64,000 nt of DNA from Caulobacterales bacterium. GTDB lineage: Bacteria; Pseudomonadota; Alphaproteobacteria; Caulobacterales; Caulobacteraceae. Below, piece by piece: positions 17,874 to 26,640 of the stretch. Position 1 is the stretch's first letter; every line of letters begins with the position of its first letter. A program made the translations under genes and the position numbers. The notes beneath the pieces were generated by a model that was given only the letters and a program-made list of their open reading frames with translations, was not told the origin of the DNA and made no database searches. The stretch lies in the NCBI GenBank assembly GCA_017302335.1, contig JAFLCT010000001.1:343-64342 (forward strand). The letters run 5' to 3'.

Positions 17874-18458
17874 TTGGGGGACTGGGGTTTGGCGGCGTTC
17901 GAGACCATCATGTTTGATGACGGCGGGACCGTGGTCGAACTCCAGACCGCTCGCTCGGTGCGGCGCGCGGTGGAGAACGGCGTCCTCAAGATCGACACCC
18001 TGGTCACGCTGATCGCCCTAGACGGATCGACCCGCCGACTACGCGCCGCCGAGATCGAGGCGCTTCGTCCATTGTTCGGCCAGGCCGAAGTCGTGGACGA
18101 AAAGGTCTCGCCCGTCGTCGATCCGCCGATCATCGAGGCCGCCAGTGATGAAATCTCGGCCGAGACCGACCCTGTCGTCGCGCCCCGGGCGACGCAGATC
18201 ACGGCCGTGCAGGCCGCCTTCTCATCGGCGACGACCGGGACGAGCGCCCCCCCGTCCATCCCCCCAGCGTATCGAACCGCGGCCTCGGCGAAACCGGGAG
18301 GCTGTGGGCTGGTCGCCTGGGGTTGGACCCTTCTGATCGGCGGGCTTCTTCTCAGCGGCGCCTACCCGCCCGCGAGTCTGGCCTTCGTCATCGGCCTGGC
18401 GCTTCTGCTGTTCACCGTCGTGCGGGGCATGGCCCGCCGCATAGGCGGAGGCGCGTGA
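17874..18458 (+). CDS. Membrane protein with N-terminal GYF_2-like domain (paralogue 1)
   Basis: The N-terminal ~60 aa align with the next gene (ARSVRRAVENGVLKIDTLVTLI... versus ARSLRRAIENGLLTRETLVTLI...). Two C-terminal TM helices. TTG start, so the start is uncertain. Confidence 0.55.
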   Translation: MGDWGLAAFETIMFDDGGTVVELQTARSVRRAVENGVLKIDTLVTLIALDGSTRRLRAAEIEALRPLFGQAEVVDEKVSPVVDPPIIEAASDEISAETDPVVAPRATQITAVQAAFSSATTGTSAPPSIPPAYRTAASAKPGGCGLVAWGWTLLIGGLLLSGAYPPASLAFVIGLALLLFTVVRGMARRIGGGA

Positions 18459-18463
18459 CGGCG

Positions 18464-19897
18464 ATGAGCGGTCTCGATTTCAGCCTGCTGTTCTCCGAGG
18501 GCGGCGGCGCCCATCAGTTGAGTTCCGCCCGGTCGCTTCGCCGCGCCATCGAGAACGGACTGTTGACCCGCGAAACACTGGTCACCCTGATCCGGGACGA
18601 AGAAAGCCGAACCCTGCGCGCGGGCGCCGCGCCCGAACTCGCCCCCCTGTTCGATGAGATCATCGGCGCCCTGTCGGTCCGAGAGTCTGAGACGGAGACG
18701 CAGACACAGGCCGCGGACGCCGAAATCTCCGAGGCGTCGCACGCTGAAACCGCCGCCGCCGAAAGCCCCTCCGACACCGCGAGTGCGCTTGAACCTGAGG
18801 CGGTCTCGGCGACGCCCCCGCCCACCTCCAAGAGCGTGGAGGGCGACGGCCGTCTCGAACCGGAAACGGTCGATCGCGCCGCATCGAACAGGGACCCCGA
18901 GTTCTTCGACCTGGATCAACCGCCCGCCCCGGTCGTCTGGGGCGGCGTCGCGGCCATCCTGCTGGCGATCCTCGTCCTGCTTGTGAAATGCGCAGGCGTC
19001 GGACCCGCGCCCTCCCCTGTGAAACCGCCACCCCCCGTGGTCGTGACCCTCTATGTCACGCGCCAGACCAATGTCCGCCCCGATGTCCGGGCGCGCGAGA
19101 TCGGGACCGTGGAGCGTGGCGAGGTCCTGCGTGGCGTAATCCAGGGCGGCGGAGACGGCGACCGATGGCTGCGGGTGTCCGAAGGGCCGCATCAGGGCCG
19201 ATGGGTCTGGGCGGGCAATCTGTCGCCTAGTCCGCGCCCCGCATTGATCGAACGTCTCGACGGCGCCCATCAGGTCCTGAGACCTGGCGTGCTGCGGCGG
19301 GAAGGTCAGGACGGGCGGTTCGTCGAGCACGGCGTTCAGATCGGCGACCGGCTGACCCTGCTGGCCTATGTCGCCGACGATCAGGTCGAGGTTCAGATGG
19401 AAGGCGGCGGCGTCGGCTATCTTCCGGCCCAGGTCTTCCGCCCCGACGAACAGGCCGAGGCCCAGCGCCAGGCCGAACGGGAGGCGGCCCGCCAGGCCCG
19501 AGACGCCGCCAGGGTTGCGGCGGAGGAAAACCGCCGCCGCGCCAACGAAGCCGCCAATGCGGCGGCGGATGCGGCGGCGATGGATGTTCCGCGCACGATC
19601 TCCCAGGCCGACGCCAACTGGCGGCTGCGGATCACCCCGCGGTTGCCCAGCCGTTTGAACCTGTCCGACGGCTCCACGCTGCGCGCGAGCGTCGCCTGCA
19701 TCGTCAGAGACGACGGCGCCATGAGCGATTGCCGCCTGGTGTCGGAACAGCCGCGCAACTCGGGCTACGGCGCCGCCGCTCTGGAGGCGGCCCGTTCCAG
19801 CCGCCACTACCCCGAGGATCGAAGCCGCCGTCCCGTCGGAGGCCGCCAAGTCACCCTGAATTACGAAGCCGACGTCGGCGGGCTGATCAGCCCCTGA
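18464..19897 (+). CDS. Membrane protein: GYF_2-like N-domain, TM helix, SH3-like domain, coiled coil, TonB-C-like domain (paralogue 2)
   Basis: Start trimmed to the ATG at 18464 (MSGLDFSLLF). TM helix VVWGGVAAILLAILVLLV. The C-terminus (ASVACIVRDDGAMSDCRLVSEQPRNSGYGAAALEAA) resembles a TonB C-terminal domain. Confidence 0.6.
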   Translation: MSGLDFSLLFSEGGGAHQLSSARSLRRAIENGLLTRETLVTLIRDEESRTLRAGAAPELAPLFDEIIGALSVRESETETQTQAADAEISEASHAETAAAESPSDTASALEPEAVSATPPPTSKSVEGDGRLEPETVDRAASNRDPEFFDLDQPPAPVVWGGVAAILLAILVLLVKCAGVGPAPSPVKPPPPVVVTLYVTRQTNVRPDVRAREIGTVERGEVLRGVIQGGGDGDRWLRVSEGPHQGRWVWAGNLSPSPRPALIERLDGAHQVLRPGVLRREGQDGRFVEHGVQIGDRLTLLAYVADDQVEVQMEGGGVGYLPAQVFRPDEQAEAQRQAEREAARQARDAARVAAEENRRRANEAANAAADAAAMDVPRTISQADANWRLRITPRLPSRLNLSDGSTLRASVACIVRDDGAMSDCRLVSEQPRNSGYGAAALEAARSSRHYPEDRSRRPVGGRQVTLNYEADVGGLISP

Positions 19898-19900
19898 ATG

Positions 19901-19916
19901 CTGTCGGCCCCGACAG
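19901..19916 (+). terminator. Short GC hairpin after the stop codon (CTGTCG-GCCC-CGACAG)
   Basis: Lies 4 nt after the TGA at 19895-19897. There is no clear U-run. Confidence 0.3.
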
Positions 19917-19970
19917 TCACCCACTCAGTATACATTTGTTTTGCAATGGTTATCTGAAAGGAAAAAGGAA

Positions 19971-20480
19971 ATGACGAAGACGGTGGGCCTAGTCCTGGCG
20001 ATGACCGGGGCATTGGCGATGTCGGCGTGCGCGACCACGGGTCAGGGCGGCGGCGGCGGCAGTTCGCTGGATCGCGCCGTGGCCCGATGCGCCGGCACGG
20101 TGCTGTTGACCGCCGCCCTCGGCGCCGTCATCGGCAACAATACGGGCAGCGGCGGCGCTGGCAGGGGCGCGGCCATCGGCGCCGCGGGCGGCGTCGCCCT
20201 GTGCGCCATCCTGCAACAGGCCCAGCGCGACCAGGCCGTCATCCTGGAAAGCGAACAGATCGCCGCGACGCGGGGCGAGAACCTGGAAAGCAAGGTGCGG
20301 GGCGAAAGCGGCAAGGAGGCCACGCTCAGACACGTCGTCGAAACCGCCCCGGAACAGACCGCGCAGCGACGCTGTCGCTATGTCTCCACCGTGGTGTCGT
20401 ACGGCCAGGGCGAAGCCCCCACCGGCAAACAGCTCTATTGCGAAAGCCTTACAGGCGCCTGGGAACGCATCGACGCCTAG
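19971..20480 (+). CDS. Glycine-zipper lipoprotein
   Basis: The ATG at 19971 is preceded by AAAGGAAAAAGGAA. Lipobox LAMSAC. Gly-rich zipper segment (GAVIGNNTGSGGAGRGAAIGAAGG). Confidence 0.7.
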   Translation: MTKTVGLVLAMTGALAMSACATTGQGGGGGSSLDRAVARCAGTVLLTAALGAVIGNNTGSGGAGRGAAIGAAGGVALCAILQQAQRDQAVILESEQIAATRGENLESKVRGESGKEATLRHVVETAPEQTAQRRCRYVSTVVSYGQGEAPTGKQLYCESLTGAWERIDA

Positions 20481-20485
20481 CGGCT

Positions 20486-20509
20486 CAAAGGGCGCCACGA
20501 CCCTTTGAC
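20486..20509 (+). terminator. Hairpin TCAAAGGG-N8-CCCTTTGA
   Basis: Lies 6 nt after the stop of the glycine-zipper gene. No U-run. Confidence 0.3.
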
Positions 20510-20633
20510 GAGGGGGCGGGCCAAGCTCACCAACACCTGCCGTCGCGATCGAGGGTTGCGACAGGAAAAGTGACGCCCCAATGGAACATAATTCCGTTCT
20601 ACGAAATACGCTGTCATCACGACGGGGGCATTC

Positions 20634-22097
20634 ATGACAACGCATCTGACTAGGGCCGCTGCGGCATGGGTCGTCGCGCTTTTCGGCTTCATCGGTCTTC
20701 AGGGCTGCGCCACGGTTCGGTCGGCGCCCGATCATCGGTTCGACACCCAACCGACGGGGATCGCCTATTTCCTGCCGATGCGGCTGGCGCGGCTGACGAT
20801 CACCCAGACCCCCGTCAGCCTGGCGGACTTGATCACCGATCGGGACGACAAGATCGTGGCCCGCGCTGCGGCGCGGGCGGCCGCTGCGGCCGCGACAGCC
20901 AAGCGCGAACAGGCGCAGACCGCGCTCAACGCCGCCACGGCCGCCAACCGCGCGGACCTGACCAGGGCGCTCGAAACGGCGACGGCGGATGAGAACAAGG
21001 CCAAGACCGCCGCGACGGCCGCCAATGCGGCGGTCGAAGCCGTCACGCGCGACATCTACGCGGCCAGCGTGAACGGACAATCCTGCACCTTTGTCCCGAC
21101 CATCGACCTGCTGCCGGTGCAGGCGGATCGACGCCGCCGCTTCGCGCTTCAGCCCGTTCACAACGAACTGCGTGACGACACGCTGAAGATTGGCCTGACG
21201 CCGACCAGCCTGCTGACGACCGGCGATGTCACCGCCGTAGACCAGACAGGCCAGATCCTCGTCGACCTCGCCGGCGTGGCCGGCGCCGCGGCGGGCGTCG
21301 GCCGGGATGGTGGCGGCGCCGATGACGACGGTTGTCCGGGTCCGGCGGTCTGGGCCACGATCTTCGACCCCGCCGAGGCCGCCGCCATCGACCAGGTCAA
21401 TCTCCAGCTCACCAGCAATGACCTGCCCTTCTTTCTGACAGCCCAGATCGATGGACCGGCGATCTCACGAGATCGGACGACCGACGCGGCCCTGCCCGCG
21501 GCCCAGGTGGCGGAAGGCGTATTCTACCGGTCGGCCGCGCCGCTCCTGCTGATCCTGAACCGCACCTTCAGAACAGGCGCAGGTGCGGAAAATGCAGGTG
21601 GAGACGCCGGCGGCGCCCAGATCGTCTCTGGACCGGTTCAGATCCCGCGGGTCGCCGCGCCGCCGGTTCGGGTTGATCCCGCACCTCAGGTGGAGGGGGT
21701 TCCGGCCCTGGCCGCCGTGCTCATCCTGCCCCAGGCGGGACCGGTGTCGCGCCTGTCGCTCCCGGCTTCACCGTTCGTGCGCACCCATCACGCCTATGAA
21801 TTCGCGGACGGGGCCTTGATCTCGGTCTCCAGCGAGCGCCCCGGCGCCGTTCCTTCCGCCGTCAAGGTGCCTCTGCTCGCGCTCAACGCCTTCGCCGACG
21901 CCTTCGCCAAGGCCGTGGCGGTTCGCGTCGATATCCGCTCCACGCGCATCAATGACGACACGGCGGCCATCGACGCCGTCATCCAGGATCGGCTCAACGT
22001 CGCCCTGATGTCCTGTCTGGACGCCGCAGGCGCCGACACGACGGCGATCCGCGCCTGCGCGAGCGCGTACCGAGGCGCCGGGGCGCCCGCGCCGTGA
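20634..22097 (+). CDS. Lipoprotein with Ala-rich coiled coil, function unknown
   Basis: Lipobox FIGLQGC and an Ala/Thr-rich helical stretch. Its stop overlaps the caspase-like gene start (GTGA). Confidence 0.6.
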   Translation: MTTHLTRAAAAWVVALFGFIGLQGCATVRSAPDHRFDTQPTGIAYFLPMRLARLTITQTPVSLADLITDRDDKIVARAAARAAAAAATAKREQAQTALNAATAANRADLTRALETATADENKAKTAATAANAAVEAVTRDIYAASVNGQSCTFVPTIDLLPVQADRRRRFALQPVHNELRDDTLKIGLTPTSLLTTGDVTAVDQTGQILVDLAGVAGAAAGVGRDGGGADDDGCPGPAVWATIFDPAEAAAIDQVNLQLTSNDLPFFLTAQIDGPAISRDRTTDAALPAAQVAEGVFYRSAAPLLLILNRTFRTGAGAENAGGDAGGAQIVSGPVQIPRVAAPPVRVDPAPQVEGVPALAAVLILPQAGPVSRLSLPASPFVRTHHAYEFADGALISVSSERPGAVPSAVKVPLLALNAFADAFAKAVAVRVDIRSTRINDDTAAIDAVIQDRLNVALMSCLDAAGADTTAIRACASAYRGAGAPAP

Positions 22098-23830
22098 CGC
22101 GGCGGCGTGTCCGATCCTGGACCTGCCGGATCATCGGCACCGCCTTTTGCGGTTTTCTGGGAGCCACGGCGGCGTCCGCCCAGACCCTCGCCGACCTGCC
22201 GACGTGGGCGCAGGAACGTCAGGCGCCGTCCAGACGCGCCCTGGTCATCGGCGTGCAGGACTACGCCAGGGTCGCGTCGCTCATCACGCCCAGGGCCGAT
22301 CGCGATCTCATGGCCCGCCGTCTGCGCGACCTGAACTTCATGGTCACCGCGCCCGAGCCGCTGAACCTCGACCGACGCCAGATGCTCGACCAGATCGACG
22401 CCTTCCTGACCTCCCTGAGACCCGGCGATGTCGCTGTGCTCTATTTCAGCGGCCATGGGATCGAGCGTGGCGGCGCCCTCTATCTCGCCCCCAGCGACGC
22501 CGGGCCGCCCGCGCCCGAACGAGAAGGGCTGGAGCTGATCAGTCTGGACTTCCTCCTCGACGAGATGCGGAACGCAGGCGTGGGCCTGGCCGTGGTCTTG
22601 CTGGACGCTTGCCGAACCGACCCGTTCTCCGGCGCGCCCGTCGCCGACGTCGTGCTCGCCGCCCCTGCCAGCGAGGTCTCGGCAGACCTGGCGGCGACGC
22701 CGCCTCTGGACCCTTCGCCCAGCCTACGGTCAGAGCCGGTCGATCTGGCCAAGGTCGATACGCCATACAGCGTTCTCGTCGGCTACGCCGCCCGCTCCGG
22801 CCAGCCCGCCTACAGCCTTCAGGGCGCGCATGACACGGCCGAGCGCGGCAGCCTCTACACCCGGGTCATGGCCGCCACCCTGGGTCGGCCCGGCGCCGAT
22901 CTGTACGAAGACCTGCGCGACGCCAACCAGACCGTCGCCATCCGCACGGGCAACCGTCAGACGCCATGGATCGGCGCGGGCGCCCCGCCCGACTTTGAAC
23001 TCCGTCCGTCCGAAGCGTTCCGCCGGCGCGAGGAAGAGGTCTGGGTCATGGCCGCCTCCCTGCTCACGCCGCTTCGAGAGGCCGGAGAACTGGCCGACTA
23101 TCTGGCCTATTTCCCCGCCTCCGAATTCTCCTTTGCCGCGCGGCGACGGTTGTTCGTCCTCCAACAAAGGGATGCGAGATTGGGGAGGACATGGCAGGCC
23201 CTGCCATCGGACGCCTCGCCCGACAGCCTCCAAAGGCTGGCCGGGGCCTTGATCAGCCGCAGCCTAAATCGCCCCGACCAGGGTCTGATCGGCGTCGCGG
23301 CCAACGATCTGACCGTCTATGACGCTCCCGCCGGTTTCCTGCGCCGTCGCGAGGCTCTGGCGCGGCTCGCCGAAGGCGCCCAGGTGGAGATCCTGGACGC
23401 GAACCTGTCGAACAGGGCTTCCAGCGTGCGGGTCGCCCTGGACGACGGGAGGGTCGGTTACATCGACCGCGTCCGCAGCGAGACCGTGGCGGTTCAAGCC
23501 ACCGCCACCGCCGTCTTCGCGGCGGCTTCGCCCAGCGAGGAGGCAAACTACGCGCCGACCGTCGACTTCACGGCCGCGACGCTAGCCCTGTTGCGTTCAA
23601 GCCGCGCGCGAATCGAGGTCGATATCGCCCCGCCCGTCCCGACCGACGGCGCTGATCCCATGGCTACGGTGGAGGCCCGACGACTGGCCTATGTCCGAGG
23701 ATTGGCCCTGCGACGGCGACTCATCGACCTGGGCGCATCCAGCACGGACGTTATCGTCAACATCTCCGAGCCGGGTCGAAACATCGACGCCGCGACCATT
23801 CGGATCGGCGAACTGGGAGGACCCCGATGA
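22094..23830 (+). CDS. Exported caspase-family (peptidase C14) protein with C-terminal extension
   Basis: Signal peptide ending AASAQ. RALVIGVQDY, the YFSGHG catalytic His (22454-22456) and the VLLDACR catalytic Cys (22610-22612). An SH3-like segment lies downstream. Confidence 0.8.
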   Translation: MTRRRVRSWTCRIIGTAFCGFLGATAASAQTLADLPTWAQERQAPSRRALVIGVQDYARVASLITPRADRDLMARRLRDLNFMVTAPEPLNLDRRQMLDQIDAFLTSLRPGDVAVLYFSGHGIERGGALYLAPSDAGPPAPEREGLELISLDFLLDEMRNAGVGLAVVLLDACRTDPFSGAPVADVVLAAPASEVSADLAATPPLDPSPSLRSEPVDLAKVDTPYSVLVGYAARSGQPAYSLQGAHDTAERGSLYTRVMAATLGRPGADLYEDLRDANQTVAIRTGNRQTPWIGAGAPPDFELRPSEAFRRREEEVWVMAASLLTPLREAGELADYLAYFPASEFSFAARRRLFVLQQRDARLGRTWQALPSDASPDSLQRLAGALISRSLNRPDQGLIGVAANDLTVYDAPAGFLRRREALARLAEGAQVEILDANLSNRASSVRVALDDGRVGYIDRVRSETVAVQATATAVFAAASPSEEANYAPTVDFTAATLALLRSSRARIEVDIAPPVPTDGADPMATVEARRLAYVRGLALRRRLIDLGASSTDVIVNISEPGRNIDAATIRIGELGGPR

Positions 23831-24792
23831 GGCGCATCCCCCATCGCCTGCGGCCCACGCTGCTGGGTCTCGCCTTCATCCTGATCGGGTCGCCGTCGGG
23901 CGCCCAGGTCGCACCGCCGCCTTTGCGTGCGTCCGATTACGGCGCGGCCGTTTCCGATCGTATCCGCGAGACCCTGCTCGCGGCCGAGACCGGGGATGTG
24001 ATGCTCGGCGCCAAGATTATGGGCGGGTCCGAGGCCGTCCCAGGCGACGATCCTTGGCAAGCAGGTCTGATCATCGGTCGCACGCCGGACGAGGTCCGGG
24101 CGCCGTTCTGCGGCGGCGCCGTCATCGCCCCGCAGTGGGTGGTGACCGCGGCCCACTGCGTCGACAACGGCACCAGCCCGCAGGTCGTCGACGTGGTGAC
24201 CGGTTCGGTCGATCTCGCGACCGGACGGCGCAGTCACGTTGATCTCATCGTCATCCATCACGGTTGGACGCCTGGGCCGCGCGGCGCGCCCACGTTCCGC
24301 AACGACGTGGCGCTGCTACATCTGTCCGAGTCCGTCGCAGCGACGCCGATCGCGCTCGCCACCACCGCCGACGCCCCCGACCTGGAGCGGGCCGGAGCCT
24401 TGGGCCGCGTCACGGGGTGGGGCAAGACCTCGGAACTCGGCGCCTTGCAGAACCGTCTTCGCACCCTGACGATCCCCGTGGTCGCCGCCGCCGATTGCAA
24501 TGACCGGGTGGCCTACGGCGACCGCGATCCGACCACGCCGCCGCTGATGCCGGAGATCATGCTGTGCGCAGGTCGGGCCGACGGCGGGCAAGACGCCTGT
24601 CAGGGCGACAGCGGCGGCCCCTTGACCGGGTCCACGGCCGACGGACGTATTCTGGTCGGCGTCGTCAGTTGGGGCAAAGGGTGCGGGCGGCGCAACAAAT
24701 ACGGCGTCTACACTCGCCTGTCGGCCTTTTCGGACTGGATCACGGCCTGCATCAACGGCGGTGACTGCCCCCGCCGACAGCCCGGCTCCTAA
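23827..24792 (+). CDS. Exported trypsin-like serine protease (S1 family), zymogen-type
   Basis: Signal peptide; K/IMGGSEA activation-type N-terminus (I64 at 24016-24018); VTAAHC, NDVALLHL and CQGDSGGPL triad motifs. ATGA overlap with the caspase-like gene. Confidence 0.88.
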   Translation: MRRIPHRLRPTLLGLAFILIGSPSGAQVAPPPLRASDYGAAVSDRIRETLLAAETGDVMLGAKIMGGSEAVPGDDPWQAGLIIGRTPDEVRAPFCGGAVIAPQWVVTAAHCVDNGTSPQVVDVVTGSVDLATGRRSHVDLIVIHHGWTPGPRGAPTFRNDVALLHLSESVAATPIALATTADAPDLERAGALGRVTGWGKTSELGALQNRLRTLTIPVVAAADCNDRVAYGDRDPTTPPLMPEIMLCAGRADGGQDACQGDSGGPLTGSTADGRILVGVVSWGKGCGRRNKYGVYTRLSAFSDWITACINGGDCPRRQPGS

Positions 24793-24878
24793 GGGTGTGC
24801 GCTGCCTGCCCTCAAAACAGCAGGTGAGAGCGCCGCCCGGCGTGTGATCGCGCAAGGTCGCCGATGTGCGCTCAGAAC

Positions 24879-25604
24879 CTAGGTCGTCTCGCGTCGGCTC
24901 AGGCTGATCAGCATCAGCATCAACACCAGCAGCCCCCCGCCACACCCCAGGGCCAGGGCCGTCTGCCAACGCCAAGCTTCGGTCGCCAGCATATTCACCG
25001 GCATCTGCCAGGGCAGGAAGACGCCCTTTTTGGCCGAGGTCGCCACAACGGCGAAGAAGGTCCCGCCGATCCCCGTCGCCAAGGCGGGAACGAAGCTGGA
25101 GAACCGCAAGGCGACCCACAACTGGATCGCGATCAGCAGCAGGGCCGCCAGATACATCCGACCCAGCAGCGCGGCTACCTCGGCCCAGTCGATCATCCCG
25201 GTCGGCCCTGCCGCGGGCTTGATCACCGTCGCCGCCTCCAGAACCGCCCAGATCAGGGTCGGCACCGCCGCCGACATGATGGCGACCAACCCCAGCACAC
25301 AGAACGCCTTGGCCGCATATATCCGCCAACGCGGCACCGGCAGGGCGCGCAGATGGTCCCAGCTCTTCGGCCCGTGCTCCATATGCGCGATCAGGGCCGT
25401 CAAGGCCGTCACGCTCATCGGCAGCATGAAGAAGGCCCATACGCCCGCGCCCTGCATCATCCACATCTCCCACGGCAGCGCCTGGCGCATCCGCAGGGCG
25501 TTGAAGAAGACGAAGACCGCGATCAGGCCCGGCGCCAGCCCGGCCAGGGCCAGGGCCAGGGATCGGTTCAACTTGGCGATCTCGACATAGAGCGGGGCGA
25601 ACAT
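24879..25604 (-). CDS. ABC-2 type transporter permease
   Basis: 241 aa, six hydrophobic helices. ATGA overlap with the upstream ATPase gene. Confidence 0.7.
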   Translation of the reverse strand: MFAPLYVEIAKLNRSLALALAGLAPGLIAVFVFFNALRMRQALPWEMWMMQGAGVWAFFMLPMSVTALTALIAHMEHGPKSWDHLRALPVPRWRIYAAKAFCVLGLVAIMSAAVPTLIWAVLEAATVIKPAAGPTGMIDWAEVAALLGRMYLAALLLIAIQLWVALRFSSFVPALATGIGGTFFAVVATSAKKGVFLPWQMPVNMLATEAWRWQTALALGCGGGLLVLMLMLISLSRRETT

Positions 25605-26536
25605 CAGGCGGCCTCCTTCTGGGCTTCCACGGCCGTGACCTGGCGGTACAGACCCTCTAGGCTGCGGGCGCGCGGGCCGATGGCGATCACGTCCACCCCC
25701 GCCTGGATCAGAGCACGGTTCAAATCGACCGATGCGCGCTCCACCGCCTCGCCCGGCGCCAACGCGACCACCACCTCGCCGTGCTCGACCGCGGCCTGCA
25801 ACCCCTTCGAGCGCGCCAAGGCCAGGGCCGCCTTCGCGTCCGTCGCGCGCACCGCGATCCGCGCCGCCACCCCCGCGCGCAGGGCCGTCAATTCGCCCTC
25901 CAGCACCAACCGCCCGGCGTGTATCACGCCGACATGGCTGGCCGTCTGTTCTATCTCGCCCAACAGGTGGCTGGACAACAGCACGGTCGCGCCGGTTCGT
26001 CCGGGAAGATCGCGCAGGAAATGGCGCATATCGGCGATGCCGTCCGGGTCCAGACCGTTGGTCGGTTCGTCCAGGATCAACACCGGCGGCGCCCCCAGCA
26101 TGGCCCGCGCCAGGCCCAATCGCTGACGCATACCCAGCGAATAGCCGCCGACCCTGCGACCCGCGTCGCCCGTCATCTCGACCACCGCCAGCACCCGGTC
26201 GATCTCGCTCGCCGGCAGGCCCAGCAACCGTCGCGTCAGGTCCAGGTTCTCGCGCCCCGAAAGATTGGCGTAGAAGCCGTGCGCTTCCAGTAGGGCGCCC
26301 ACCTTCCGCGCCGCCGCGATCCGGTCGGCCGCCACGTCGATCCCGCCGACCACCGCCCGCCCCGCGCTGGGCTTCAGCAGGCCTAGCAGCATCTTCAGCG
26401 TCGTCGTCTTGCCCGCGCCGTTACGGCCCAGAAAGCCGTACACCGCCTGTTCCGGCACGGTCATGGACACGCCGTCGACAGCCAGCATTCGTCCGAAACG
26501 GCGCGTCAGAACATGAGTCTCGATTGCAGGGGACAT
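25604..26536 (-). CDS. ABC transporter ATP-binding protein
   Basis: Walker A GRNGAGKTTT, signature YSLGMRQRL, Walker B LILDEPTNGLD. Confidence 0.9.
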   Translation of the reverse strand: MSPAIETHVLTRRFGRMLAVDGVSMTVPEQAVYGFLGRNGAGKTTTLKMLLGLLKPSAGRAVVGGIDVAADRIAAARKVGALLEAHGFYANLSGRENLDLTRRLLGLPASEIDRVLAVVEMTGDAGRRVGGYSLGMRQRLGLARAMLGAPPVLILDEPTNGLDPDGIADMRHFLRDLPGRTGATVLLSSHLLGEIEQTASHVGVIHAGRLVLEGELTALRAGVAARIAVRATDAKAALALARSKGLQAAVEHGEVVVALAPGEAVERASVDLNRALIQAGVDVIAIGPRARSLEGLYRQVTAVEAQKEAA

Positions 26537-26557
26537 GGGGCGACGGCGCTCCAGATA

Positions 26558-26609
26558 TTTAAGTCAGAGATAAAGTTGCGCATATCGTTTTTTTAAGTCA
26601 AAATTAAAG
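26558..26609. promoter_or_regulatory. Two copies of an 18-nt direct repeat TTTAAGTCArArwTAAAG. The second contains TTAA-N7-TTAA.
   Basis: Copies at 26558-26575 and 26592-26609 (15 of 18 identical, 34-bp offset) in the AT-rich divergent promoter between the ABC ATPase gene and the DUF2975 gene. Sub-boxes: TTAAGTCAGAGATAA (26559-26573) and TTAAGTCAAAATTAA (26593-26607). Confidence 0.5.
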
Positions 26610-26640
26610 AACCGTCATCCAAGCCAGCCCGCTGAAGCTC

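Noticed and set aside
17821-20589. Shared octamer TGGAACAT in two promoter regions (17821-17828 and 20582-20589). I considered a sigma-54 -24/-12 element or an alphaproteobacterial SOS box (GTTC-N7-GTTC).
   Set aside because: There is no GC at the -12 position for sigma-54, and the GTTC spacing does not fit N7. An 8-mer shared by two AT-rich stretches is within chance expectation.
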